Part shown: positions 10,524 to 19,168 of the stretch, one piece after another
Layout of the letters: every line of letters starts with the position of its first letter
Numbering within the stretch: the first letter of the stretch is position 1
Assembly: GCA_963806225.1 (NCBI GenBank)
Contig: CAWDXG010000004.1
Location: forward strand, 4,992,001-5,056,000
Direction of reading: 5' to 3'
DNA from: an uncultured delta proteobacterium
GTDB taxonomy: Bacteria > Myxococcota_A > Polyangia > Polyangiales > Polyangiaceae
DNA: 64,000 nt
Notes under the pieces: generated by a model
The model's input: the letters and a program-made list of their open reading frames with translations, nothing else
The model's database searches: none
Told to the model about the DNA's origin: nothing
Program-made: the position numbers and the translations under genes

Positions 10524-12185
10524 GTGTTTATGAAGCCGAGCCTGCCGCCGTACGATCCGCTCGAGTGGGAAAAGAAGCCGTTTGCCGAGCGCGCCCGCAT
10601 GGTGTGTCGCGCCTGGGCCGTGCAGGGCTACGGCACGCCGATCGCCGTGTACCTGCTGTATGCGTTCAAGGTCGCGCTGTACGTCGGCGGCTGGGTGCTG
10701 TTCTGCCGCACCACGCCGGGGATGGGGCGGCTCGCCGACATCGGCAGCTGGTGGCTCCGGCCCGAGGCGTTCGAGAAAGCCGTCGTCTGGAGCATGCTGT
10801 TCGAGATCCTGGGTCTTGGCTGCGGCAGCGGGCCGCTCACGGGCCGCTACGTCCCGCCCATCGGCGGCGCGCTGTACTTCCTGCGCCCGGGGACTACCAA
10901 GCTGCCCGTGTTCCGCGGCGCGCCGCTCGTCGGCGGCGAGCGGAGGACGTGGCTGGATGTCGCGCTGTATGCGGCGAACGCCGCGTTGGCGGTGGCGGTG
11001 CTGGTTTCACCGGAGCCGTCGCGCGCGCTCTTGATCGCGCTCGCCGTCCTCTTGCCGGTGCTCGGCGTGCTGGACAAGACGCTCTTCCTCGCGGCACGCG
11101 GCGAGCACTACTGGACCTTGATCCTGATCTTCGCGCTCACGGCGGATTTCATTCCAGGCGCCAAGGGCGTGCAGGCGGCGCTGTGGCTCTGGGCCGGGAT
11201 CTCGAAGCTGAACCACCATTTCCCCGCGGTGGTCGGTGTGATGACCAGCAACAGCCCCTTCGCGCGTTCCACGTGGCTGAAGAAGCACATGTACCGCCGC
11301 TATCCCGACGACCTGTCGCCCTCGCGGCTGGCGACGTGGATGGCGCACATGGGCACCGCCCTCGAGCTCGGCGTGCCGGTGCTGCTGCTCGCCGGGCGCG
11401 GCGGCGCGGTCACGCTGGCCGGTGTGATCGCCATGCTGATGCTGCACAGCTTCATCACCAGCAACGTGCCGATGGGGGTACCGATCGAGTGGAACGTGAT
11501 GGTCGTCTACAGCGGCTTGTTCCTGTTCTGGGGGCACGCCGCGGTGAGCCTTTCGTCGGTGACACTGCCGGTGGCGCTCGTGCTCGTCATCATGTGCTTC
11601 GCCGTGCCGCTCCTCGGCAACCTGTTTCCGGCGCGCGTGCCGTTCCTGCTCGCGATGCGCTACTACGCCGGCAACTGGGCCTACAGTGTCTGGCTCTTCC
11701 GCGGGCAGAGCCACGAGAAGCTCGAACGGCTGACGAAGAGCTCGCCGTGGATCTACGACCAGCTCGGCCTTCTCTACGATCGGAGCACGTCGGTCGGCGT
11801 CGTCGGCAAGGTGATCGCGTTCCGTCTCATGCACCTGCACGGCCGCGCACTGCCGGAGCTGGTCCCGAAGGCGGTGGAACGGCTCGAGGACTACGAGTGG
11901 CTCGACGGCGAAATCGTTGCCGGGCTCGTGCTCGGGTGGAATTTCGGCGACGGCCACCTGCACCGCGAGCAGCTGCTCGACGCGGTGCAGCACCAGTGTG
12001 GATTCGAGGAGGGCGAGCTCCGCACCATCATGCTGGAGTCGCAGCCGCTGTTCGGCTCCTCGTTGCACTACCGGATCCGTGACGCGTCGAGCGGGCTCAT
12101 CGACGAGGGCCACGTGCGGGTGGAAGACCTGCGGGCGCGGCAACCCTGGGGCGATTCCGCCGCGGCTGACGCCGAGCGACGTTGA
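10524..12185 (+). CDS. DUF3556-like multi-pass membrane protein
   Basis: WAVQGYGTP, GLGCGSGPLTGRY, FLAARGEHY, SKLNHHF, PMGVPIEWN, MRYYAGNW and GWNFGDGHLH motifs. Confidence 0.8.
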   Translation: MFMKPSLPPYDPLEWEKKPFAERARMVCRAWAVQGYGTPIAVYLLYAFKVALYVGGWVLFCRTTPGMGRLADIGSWWLRPEAFEKAVVWSMLFEILGLGCGSGPLTGRYVPPIGGALYFLRPGTTKLPVFRGAPLVGGERRTWLDVALYAANAALAVAVLVSPEPSRALLIALAVLLPVLGVLDKTLFLAARGEHYWTLILIFALTADFIPGAKGVQAALWLWAGISKLNHHFPAVVGVMTSNSPFARSTWLKKHMYRRYPDDLSPSRLATWMAHMGTALELGVPVLLLAGRGGAVTLAGVIAMLMLHSFITSNVPMGVPIEWNVMVVYSGLFLFWGHAAVSLSSVTLPVALVLVIMCFAVPLLGNLFPARVPFLLAMRYYAGNWAYSVWLFRGQSHEKLERLTKSSPWIYDQLGLLYDRSTSVGVVGKVIAFRLMHLHGRALPELVPKAVERLEDYEWLDGEIVAGLVLGWNFGDGHLHREQLLDAVQHQCGFEEGELRTIMLESQPLFGSSLHYRIRDASSGLIDEGHVRVEDLRARQPWGDSAAADAERR

Positions 12186-12217
12186 CTGCACATGAGCGGC
12201 GGCGGCAACGCGGAGAC

Positions 12218-12252
12218 CGCCGGCGGCGCGGGCGCTCCGGGCGCCGCCGGCG
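12218..12252. terminator. GC-rich 12-bp hairpin between convergent genes
   Basis: CGCCGGCGGCGC ... GCGCCGCCGGCG perfect inverted repeat with no U tract. Confidence 0.35.
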
Positions 12253-12276
12253 AGTCCGGTGCGGACGCCCTGGACC

Positions 12277-13737
12277 TCAGGTCGCGGCGACGGTTGCCGT
12301 CGACGGCTTTGCGGCTGGCGGCACGCTTTCCGCGGCGGCGGGCTCGGGCACCGTGCCGCCGGAGGTGCCGGCGGGATAGCCCTCCAGGCCCATCTCGGGC
12401 ACGTCGAGGCCGGCCATTTCCGCGTCGCGGTCGACGCGGTTGCCGACCAGCTTGCCGATCACGGTCAGCGCGACCCAGGTCATGGCGCCGACGAACAGCA
12501 CGTTGACGACGATGCCGATGACCGACGCCGCGAGCTGTCCCGCGTCGCCGTAGAACAGGCCGCGCACGCCGCCGTCGACGCCGTTCAGACCGTTGCCGTA
12601 GCTGCCGTTGGCGAACAGGCCGACCGCGAGGATGCCCCAGGCGCCGTTCACGCCGTGCACCGCCACCGCGCCGACGGGGTCGTCGATCTTCATCTTCTGC
12701 TCGACGAAGACGGCCGCGATCACGACCAGCACGCCCGCGATGGATCCGATCAGGATCGACGCCGGGGCGCTCACGAAAGCGCAGGGCGCCGTGATCGCCA
12801 CGAGGCCGGCGAGCATGCCGTTGCACATCATGGTCACGTCCGGCTTGCCGAAGCGCTTCCAGACGTACACCGTCGCGCCGAGTGCGCCGGCGGCGGACGC
12901 GAGCATGGTGTTGGTGGCCACGATGGCGATGCGCGTGTCGGTGCCGGCCAGCGTGGAGCCGGCGTTGAAGCCGAACCAGCCGAACGCCAGGATGAACGTG
13001 CCGATCGTCACCATCGGGATGTTGTGTCCCGGGATGGGCTTGGCCGAGCCGTCCTTGCCGTACTTGCCGATGCGTGCGCCGATCATCTTCGCGCCCACCA
13101 GGGCGGCAACGCCGCCCGTCATGTGCACCACCGAGCTGCCGGCGAAGTCGACGTGCCCGTGACCGAGGTGGAAGTTTGCGCCCAGCTGCGAGAGCCAGCC
13201 GCCGCCCCAGACCCAGTTCGCGTACAGCGGGTAGATCAGCGTGGAGATCACCAGGCTGAACAGCACGAACGACATGATCTTCCAGCGCTCGGCCATCGCC
13301 CCGGTGGGAATGGTGGCCGTGGTGTCCATGAACACCATCTGGAACAGGAACAGCGCTGCTACCGCGGGCGTGTAGCTCGCTGCGGTGAGGAAGAAGCCCT
13401 GTGTGCCGAACAAGCCGAACTGGTGCCCGGCGATGCTGATGGCGAACTCGTGCGAGAGTGTCGCGTCTCCGCCGAAGCTTCCAAGCGCGCCCACGCCGCC
13501 CATCTGCAGCGCGAAGCCGACCGACCAGAATCCGATGATCCCGATCGAGTAGACGAGGAAGTTCATGCCCATGGTGTGGGCGACGTTCTTCGCGCGGGTG
13601 AGACCGGACTCCACCATGGCGAAGCCGGCCTGCATGAACATGACGAGGAATGCCGCGACCAGAGTCCACACGATGTTGAGTGCGGTCTGCGTGTCGGCGA
13701 TCTGTTTGGCGAATTCTGCTGCGTTCGGTGCGGTCAT
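12277..13737 (-). CDS. amtB: Ammonium transporter (Amt family)
   Basis: FMQAGFAMVESG, GAMAER, DFAGSSVVHMTGG, WFGFNAGS and DDPVGAVAVHG; both pore histidines present. Confidence 0.95.
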   Translation of the reverse strand: MTAPNAAEFAKQIADTQTALNIVWTLVAAFLVMFMQAGFAMVESGLTRAKNVAHTMGMNFLVYSIGIIGFWSVGFALQMGGVGALGSFGGDATLSHEFAISIAGHQFGLFGTQGFFLTAASYTPAVAALFLFQMVFMDTTATIPTGAMAERWKIMSFVLFSLVISTLIYPLYANWVWGGGWLSQLGANFHLGHGHVDFAGSSVVHMTGGVAALVGAKMIGARIGKYGKDGSAKPIPGHNIPMVTIGTFILAFGWFGFNAGSTLAGTDTRIAIVATNTMLASAAGALGATVYVWKRFGKPDVTMMCNGMLAGLVAITAPCAFVSAPASILIGSIAGVLVVIAAVFVEQKMKIDDPVGAVAVHGVNGAWGILAVGLFANGSYGNGLNGVDGGVRGLFYGDAGQLAASVIGIVVNVLFVGAMTWVALTVIGKLVGNRVDRDAEMAGLDVPEMGLEGYPAGTSGGTVPEPAAAESVPPAAKPSTATVAAT

Positions 13738-13785
13738 AGGGAGCCCGGCTCCTTTTCTGCTTGTTCCTGCAGTGGAGCTTCCCGG

Positions 13786-13818
13786 AGCCAGGTTTCAGCC
13801 AGATTTCGGGCAGGATTC
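13786..13818 (-). promoter_or_regulatory. Three tandem 11-bp repeats upstream of amt (GlnR-box-like)
   Basis: Minus strand GAATCCTGCCC-GAAATCTGGCT-GAAACCTGGCT, 49-81 nt upstream of the ATG. Confidence 0.55.
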
Positions 13819-13858
13819 GGCTGGCGGCAGCGCGGCAGATAGCGTCCCTGCCCGGGAG

Positions 13859-14747
13859 TCAGCCCGCGCGCGTCACCACGACGGGGACGTCCGAATGGCG
13901 CAACAGGCGCTGGGCGACGGAGCCGAGCACGCCGGCGCGCCCGCGCGGCGTGCGCCGCCCCACGAGCACGGCGTCGCATTCCTGCCCGGTGATCCGCTCG
14001 AGTAGCTCGTTGGCCGCGTCGCCCCGGGTCTGCTGCGCCGATGCCTCGAAGCCCTCCCCTTCCAGTCGCTCGGCGGTTTGCTCCATGCCGTCGCGCAGGG
14101 CCGCGCGCGTGCTCTTGAGCGCGTCGGCGATGAAGTCCGGCCAGGGCAGCCCCCGCTCTCCGGGTTCGAACGCGTGGAAGAGCTCGATGTGCGCGCCGGG
14201 CGCCGCCAATGCGCGGGCCCAGCTCACCATCTCGTCGTCGACGCCGGCGACCGGTACGGCGACGAGCAGCCGCCGGAACGCGCCGTCGCGGGGCAGGGCG
14301 AGGTCCTTGCGCTGGCGGGCGACCAGCACCGGGCACGCAGCGTTTGCTGCAACGTCGGACGTTACGCTGCCGAGCAGGAAATGTGTGGAGGTGCCGACTC
14401 CGTGCGGCGCCATGACCACCAGGTCGTCGCCGTGCTCCGCTATGTAACCGGCGATCGCGATGGCAACGTCGTCGCGCGCCAGCGCGGTATCGATGCGTCC
14501 GCCGCCGAGCTCCTGCACCACCCCGTCGAGCCGCTGCTGCACGACTCTCGACCGGTCCTCTACATACTTGGCCCAGAACGTCCGCGGCGACGCGCTCCGC
14601 CATGCGCTCGCTGAACGCCGGCAGTCGATCGACGTGGAACAGCGTGAGCGATGCCCCGTAGCGCTCCGCAAGGGCGAGGCCGAAGCGCGCGGCGAGCATC
14701 GAGTCGCTGGAGAAGTCCACGGGGGCGAGGATGTGTCGTGGCTGCAT
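13859..14747 (-). CDS. Tandem-domain universal stress protein, +1 frameshift near 14576
   Basis: RHILAPVDFS...LTLFHV in one frame; ADV[c]WAKY junction; then DLVVMAPHG..FLLGSVT and VLGSVAQRLLRHSDVPVVV. Confidence 0.85.
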
Positions 14748-14878
14748 GCCCGGAGTCGATGCAGGATCCGCGCCCGAGGGAGGCGCCGCTCCGCCGCTCG
14801 ATCGCGGCAGAAGGCCGCTTCCACCGGCGCAAAAGCTGCGTTTGTTGCGCCTGGCCGGCCGCATGCGACAGTCGGCCC

Positions 14879-15403
14879 ATGTCGCGCAGGCCCGACGAGA
14901 TGGAAGCGCCCGAGGACGACGACTTCCGCTCGCGCACCGAGGAGCGGCGTGCGAGGAAGACGCGCGAAGAGGCGTTGGCGCGGCTGGCGAGGGAGCTCGT
15001 CGAGCTCCGCGATCGGCATCTCGAACAGCTCGGTCTGGTGGAAGAGACGCTGGACGCGATCCGCGAAGCCCGCGCCATCCGGAGTCACATCGCGCGGAAC
15101 CGTCAGCTGCGCGTCGTCCGCAGTGCGCTGCGCGACGCGGAGTGGCCCGCGATTCGCGTCAGGCTCGACAGCCTGCTCGAGCACGGCGCGCTGCCTGCTG
15201 ACGCGGGCGCAGAACGAGAATGGGTCGTGCGACTGGTCGGGGGCGGCTCGCACGAGCTCGAGGCGTTCCTAGGCGAACACCCCCACGCCGACCGCCGACA
15301 TCTGCGCCAGCTGATCCGCAACGCACAGGCCAGTGCGCCCGTGCGCCGCAAGCGCGCCGAGGACAAGCTGGCCGCGGCGCTGCGTTCGCTGATGACGCGC
15401 TAG
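14879..15403 (+). CDS. yjgA: Ribosome-associated DUF615 (YjgA/DarP) family protein
   Basis: SRTEERR, LARELVEL, ARNRQLR and HPHADRRHLRQLIRNA motifs. Confidence 0.8.
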   Translation: MSRRPDEMEAPEDDDFRSRTEERRARKTREEALARLARELVELRDRHLEQLGLVEETLDAIREARAIRSHIARNRQLRVVRSALRDAEWPAIRVRLDSLLEHGALPADAGAEREWVVRLVGGGSHELEAFLGEHPHADRRHLRQLIRNAQASAPVRRKRAEDKLAAALRSLMTR

Positions 15404-15425
15404 GCCGCCGGGGGCGAGGGATGGG

Positions 15426-15469
15426 TTGACTCTCGCGTCGAATGCAGTTCCCATCGGCATGGGAACTGC
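15426..15469 (+). promoter_or_regulatory. TTGACT -35 followed by perfect 11-bp inverted repeat (operator or leader hairpin)
   Basis: TTGACT at 15426-15431; GCAGTTCCCAT-cggc-ATGGGAACTGC at 15444-15469. Confidence 0.6.
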
Positions 15470-15472
15470 CGC

Positions 15473-15592
15473 ATGGACCAGATCACCGCCCTTTTCGAGC
15501 AGCACACGACAATCGCCTACGCGGTGCTCGCGCTGGTCGTCTTCGGGATTTCGTACAGCATCAGGTTCGTCGTGGAGAGCCGCAGGAAGTGA
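15473..15592 (+). CDS. Small single-pass membrane peptide (39 aa)
   Basis: MDQITALFEQHTTIAYAVLALVVFGISYSIRFVVESRRK*: hydrophobic stretch plus basic tail, mostly G/C third positions, fills an intergenic gap. Confidence 0.65.
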   Translation: MDQITALFEQHTTIAYAVLALVVFGISYSIRFVVESRRK

Positions 15593-15620
15593 CGCCCGGG
15601 CGGCGCGGCGCGCAGACGCG

Positions 15621-16925
15621 CTAGTTGCCGACCGCTCCCACCCAGACGTTGTCCTTGCCGTTGAGCTTCGAGCGCAGCACGAAGCCCTCGCCGTTCAGCT
15701 TCGGGTTCACGCCCAGCACCTTGATCGTCAGGTGGAGGATGTCGCCGTTCGTGCCGGATTTCTTGTCCAGCGACAGCTGGAGATCCGGCGACCCGTTGTT
15801 GACGACCACGTTGAAGTCCTGCGCCGTCACGTTCCAGGGGCCACTGGTGGGTGCGTCACTGAACAGGTGCACGTCGATCGTCTTGCTGCTGCCGACCGGG
15901 ATCTTCACGCCCTTGGTGGTCACGGTGTTGCCGAGGCCGTCGTTGATGACGAACGAGTCGGTCAGCACCGGCGCGGCGTTGAAGTAGGGCTCGAAGTTGG
16001 CTGCGGGGACGCAGGGGTTCATCCCCGCCTGCGCCGCCTTGTTCGACCAGCTTCGCTGTACGGTGTACGCCAGGCCGGGCAGGACGATGTTTGCGTCGTT
16101 GTTGAGCGTGCACAGATCCGTGGCTTCGCCGTCCGTTGCAGCCGTCCAGATCACATGATCATCGTCGGGCTGGAGGTAGGCGGGGTTGCTCTGCACGTAC
16201 GGATCGGTCGTCGCCTCGATCAGCTCGTGGCTGATCGTGACCGTCACGTCGTCCAGGCCTGTCGGCGACGGGCCTGGGCACGTACACGCGACCGCAAACG
16301 GGACCGTCACGCCGTCGACGATGTCCTCGCTGTGGTAGCCGGAGTAGCTGTTGCAGCAGTCGCCGCCGCTGGTGGCAGGGAAGGTGACCACGTAGATCGT
16401 GTTCGGGTCCGGCGCGCCCCAGTCCGGATTCGCGCCCGACAGGTGCTGTGCGAACAGGGCCGGAATCACCGTGTCGTCGACCGCGGCGGGCGCCTGGACG
16501 CCGAGGTGCACCGGCGGCGACGCGACTAGCGGTCCCACGCCGTATTCCTTGGTGGTGGCGCTCCAGTACGGCGTGGCGCCAATCTGGCTGACCAGCGTGT
16601 CGATGTCGGACGCGTTCGCATCGCCCTGGTAGGTGATGGACACGACTTTGGGCTTGGCCAGCACCGGCCCGCCGAGGTCCACGAGCTGTGGTGCCGGGTC
16701 GTGGGGTGCCGCGGTGGAGCCGCCGCTGCCTCCTGCACCTCCACCCCCGACGCCGCCTGCGCCTCCGCCGCCTAGACCGCCGCCGCCTCCCAATCCCGCG
16801 GCGCCGGCTACTCCCGCGCCTCCGCCTGCCCCTCCAGTACCCGTCCCCTTGGAGCTGGTGGAGCTGCTGCACGCGACCAGCCCGACTGTGGATATGACGA
16901 ATGCGCTCAAGAGTGAAGTTTTCAC
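15621..16925 (-). CDS. Lipoprotein with Gly-rich linker and Phi-1/EXORDIUM-like (HExxE) domain
   Basis: GTG start giving MKTSLLSAFVISTVGLVAC; GGPVL..PKVVSITY, SGYHSE and SHELIEATTDP motifs; TAGCGT 7 nt before start. Domain call tentative. Confidence 0.7.
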   Translation of the reverse strand: MKTSLLSAFVISTVGLVACSSSTSSKGTGTGGAGGGAGVAGAAGLGGGGGLGGGGAGGVGGGGAGGSGGSTAAPHDPAPQLVDLGGPVLAKPKVVSITYQGDANASDIDTLVSQIGATPYWSATTKEYGVGPLVASPPVHLGVQAPAAVDDTVIPALFAQHLSGANPDWGAPDPNTIYVVTFPATSGGDCCNSYSGYHSEDIVDGVTVPFAVACTCPGPSPTGLDDVTVTISHELIEATTDPYVQSNPAYLQPDDDHVIWTAATDGEATDLCTLNNDANIVLPGLAYTVQRSWSNKAAQAGMNPCVPAANFEPYFNAAPVLTDSFVINDGLGNTVTTKGVKIPVGSSKTIDVHLFSDAPTSGPWNVTAQDFNVVVNNGSPDLQLSLDKKSGTNGDILHLTIKVLGVNPKLNGEGFVLRSKLNGKDNVWVGAVGN

Positions 16926-17063
16926 TGCGTGGACGCTAGCAGAAGCTCCGTTCCCCTCAAAGCGCAGACGCGCCGCGCGTTGCGCTTGGTAATTCTGTAG
17001 GATTGGTCGACGCGACGACGCGTCGCTTTCGAGTCGCGTGCGGGCGTGCCAAGTTCCGGCCCC

Positions 17064-17870
17064 ATGGGTTTTCGTTCCGTTGGCCACGTGTACTCCGACT
17101 TCGAGCTCCGCGAGCTCACACTGCTGGGGGAGACGCGCCCCGTGTTCGTGAAGGGCGAAGGACCGGCGGTGGTGGTGATGCACGAAGCGCCGGGGCTGTA
17201 TCCGGAGGTGGCGGACTTCGGGCGGCGCGTCGTCGACGTGGGCTTTTCGGTGTACATGCCGTCGCTGGTCGGCGCGCCGGGGAGGCCCATCGGGCTCGGC
17301 TATGCGCTGTCGACGCTGGCGCGTGCCTGCGTGATGCGCGAGTTCACGGTCTGGGCGACGCGGCAGAACAGCCCGGTGACGGCGTGGCTCCGCGAGCTGG
17401 CACGGCTGGCGCACGAGGAGTGCGGCGGCCCTGGCGTCGGTGCCGTCGGCATGTGCCTCACCGGCGGATTCGCGCTGGCGATGATGGCGGACGAGCGCAT
17501 GTTGGCGCCGGTGTTGAGCCAGCCGTCGCTGCCTTTCGCCTTGCTCCCCGCCCAGAAGCGCGACCTCGGCGTCGACGACGCGACCCTGGCGCGCGTCAAG
17601 GAGCGTGCGGCGGATGGGGCGTGCCTGCTCGGCCTGCGCTTCAGCCACGACCGGCTCGTCCCCGCCGAGCGCTTCCAGCGGCTGCGCGACGAGCTCGGCG
17701 GCGCGTTCATGGCTGTGGAGATCGACTCGGGTCCCGGCAACCCGCACCGCATCCGGCGCACGGCGCACTCCGTGCTCGTGTACGACCTGGTGGACGAGCC
17801 CAGCCACCCGACGCGCGAGGCGCTGGACCGCGTGCTCGCGTTCTTCCGCGAGCGGCTCCGCGCAAAGTGA
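17064..17870 (+). CDS. Dienelactone hydrolase family protein
   Basis: PAVVVMHEAPGL, nucleophile elbow VGMCLTGG, D.LVP and C-terminal AHS. Confidence 0.85.
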   Translation: MGFRSVGHVYSDFELRELTLLGETRPVFVKGEGPAVVVMHEAPGLYPEVADFGRRVVDVGFSVYMPSLVGAPGRPIGLGYALSTLARACVMREFTVWATRQNSPVTAWLRELARLAHEECGGPGVGAVGMCLTGGFALAMMADERMLAPVLSQPSLPFALLPAQKRDLGVDDATLARVKERAADGACLLGLRFSHDRLVPAERFQRLRDELGGAFMAVEIDSGPGNPHRIRRTAHSVLVYDLVDEPSHPTREALDRVLAFFRERLRAK

Positions 17871-17872
17871 GC

Positions 17873-19075
17873 TCAGAACACGCTCTTGTCGAGCACGCGC
17901 AGCCGTCCCCACGGGATGCCGTCCGTCGGGCCCCGCGTGAGTCCGTCGCTCGGCGAGTCCTGGGCGCGGATGATGTACGAGAAGCTGCCGTAGAGCTCCG
18001 AGCCGACGATGGAGTCGAAACCCGCGGTGGTCTCGTTTTCCATGTAGAAGATGAGTCCGCCCGGGGACGTGCCGTCGAGCATGATCATCCCGTACTGCTG
18101 CAGCGCGCGGCAGAAAGTCCTGAGGAAGCGGGTCTCGCTGCTGGTGTCGGCCTTGCCCGGGACGGTGCGCGTGGAACAGTCGAGCGTTGGATCGAGCTCT
18201 AGCCGCATGCCCATGTCCATGCGTTCGTTCGCCGGGGCCAGGCTGCCGGTGCAGTTCTTCGGCTGGTCGGTCTTCACGGCCGGGGCGCGGTACGTGCTGC
18301 TGCTGTCGCACGAGCTGTACGCAAAGCGGATCGCGTGCTGGATCTTCCCGTCCTTGACCTCGGCTGCCCGGATCAGCCCCGCCAGATACGAGAGTCCCGA
18401 GCCCGTCCCGGCGCCGGAAAACGGAACCGAGACGCTCTTCGTTCCGTCCGGGTTCAGGATGGCGCCGTCGTTGTTGTAGTGGAACAGCCCGCCGCCGTTG
18501 CCGCTCAGCGTGTGCGCCGTCGCATCCACTGACGCCTGCCACAGCCGGAGCTCGGTGAACTTGCCGTAGTCGGGGTTGTCCGGATCGAGCACGATCATCG
18601 GATAGTCCGAGCCCTCGCCGGGCACGGCGTCGGCCGGTACGCGGAACTGGACGGTGCCGGGCAGGTAGTTGGCGTTCACCGTGTACACGGTGTCCGACGG
18701 CGACGTCGTGTACACCGTTGGCACCTCGCCGTGGTTGCTGAGGTTCACCTTGTGGGCGGTGAGGTTCGACTCCAGCCGCGAGACGATGGCCGCGCTGCGC
18801 GGATCGTCGGCGATGCCCGGCGGGATCGGGACGTTGATCGCGAACGTGGGATCGTAGGGCGGCCTCACCCCGCCGCCTGCCGCGCCGCCGGTGCCGGACG
18901 TGCCCGCCGTGCCCGCTGTGCCGGACGCGCCCGCTGTACCGGCCGTGCCCGCTGTGCCGGCCGTGCCGCCAGCTCCGCCGCTCGTGCTTCCGCCGCTTCC
19001 CGCCGCGCCGTTCGATGAACCGCCGCCGCACGCGGTCGACAACAGCACGGCGGCGAGGAGGAAGGAGGCGCGCAT
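17873..19075 (-). CDS. Lipoprotein with Gly-rich linker and conserved-looking domain of unknown function
   Basis: Lipobox STAC; AGT repeats; GSGLSYLAGLIRAAEV..G.IQHA, MGMRLEL and ALQQYGMIMLD. Confidence 0.75.
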   Translation of the reverse strand: MRASFLLAAVLLSTACGGGSSNGAAGSGGSTSGGAGGTAGTAGTAGTAGASGTAGTAGTSGTGGAAGGGVRPPYDPTFAINVPIPPGIADDPRSAAIVSRLESNLTAHKVNLSNHGEVPTVYTTSPSDTVYTVNANYLPGTVQFRVPADAVPGEGSDYPMIVLDPDNPDYGKFTELRLWQASVDATAHTLSGNGGGLFHYNNDGAILNPDGTKSVSVPFSGAGTGSGLSYLAGLIRAAEVKDGKIQHAIRFAYSSCDSSSTYRAPAVKTDQPKNCTGSLAPANERMDMGMRLELDPTLDCSTRTVPGKADTSSETRFLRTFCRALQQYGMIMLDGTSPGGLIFYMENETTAGFDSIVGSELYGSFSYIIRAQDSPSDGLTRGPTDGIPWGRLRVLDKSVF

Positions 19076-19144
19076 GCTCCGCATTATCCCACGCGGAACC
19101 GGCTCTGGAAATGCGACTGGAAGCAGGACGTGTGGCAGTCCGAC

Positions 19145-19168
19145 GCTCAGCTCAGCTCAGCTCAGCTC
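19145..19168. repeat. Pentanucleotide tandem repeat (GCTCA)x4.8
   Basis: gctcagctcagctcagctcagctc, overlapping the stop of the adjacent minus-strand lipid kinase gene. Confidence 0.9.

Noticed and set aside
13760..13805. Sigma54 promoter for amt
   Set aside because: GG-N10-GC spacings exist (TGGCTGAAACCTGGC) but match the TGGCACG/TTGC consensus poorly; not supported, though not excluded.
15621..19031. 1136-aa minus-strand ORF
   Set aside because: Only 15621-16925 is protein-like. The rest is off-frame or antisense to the real genes at 17064 and 17873.
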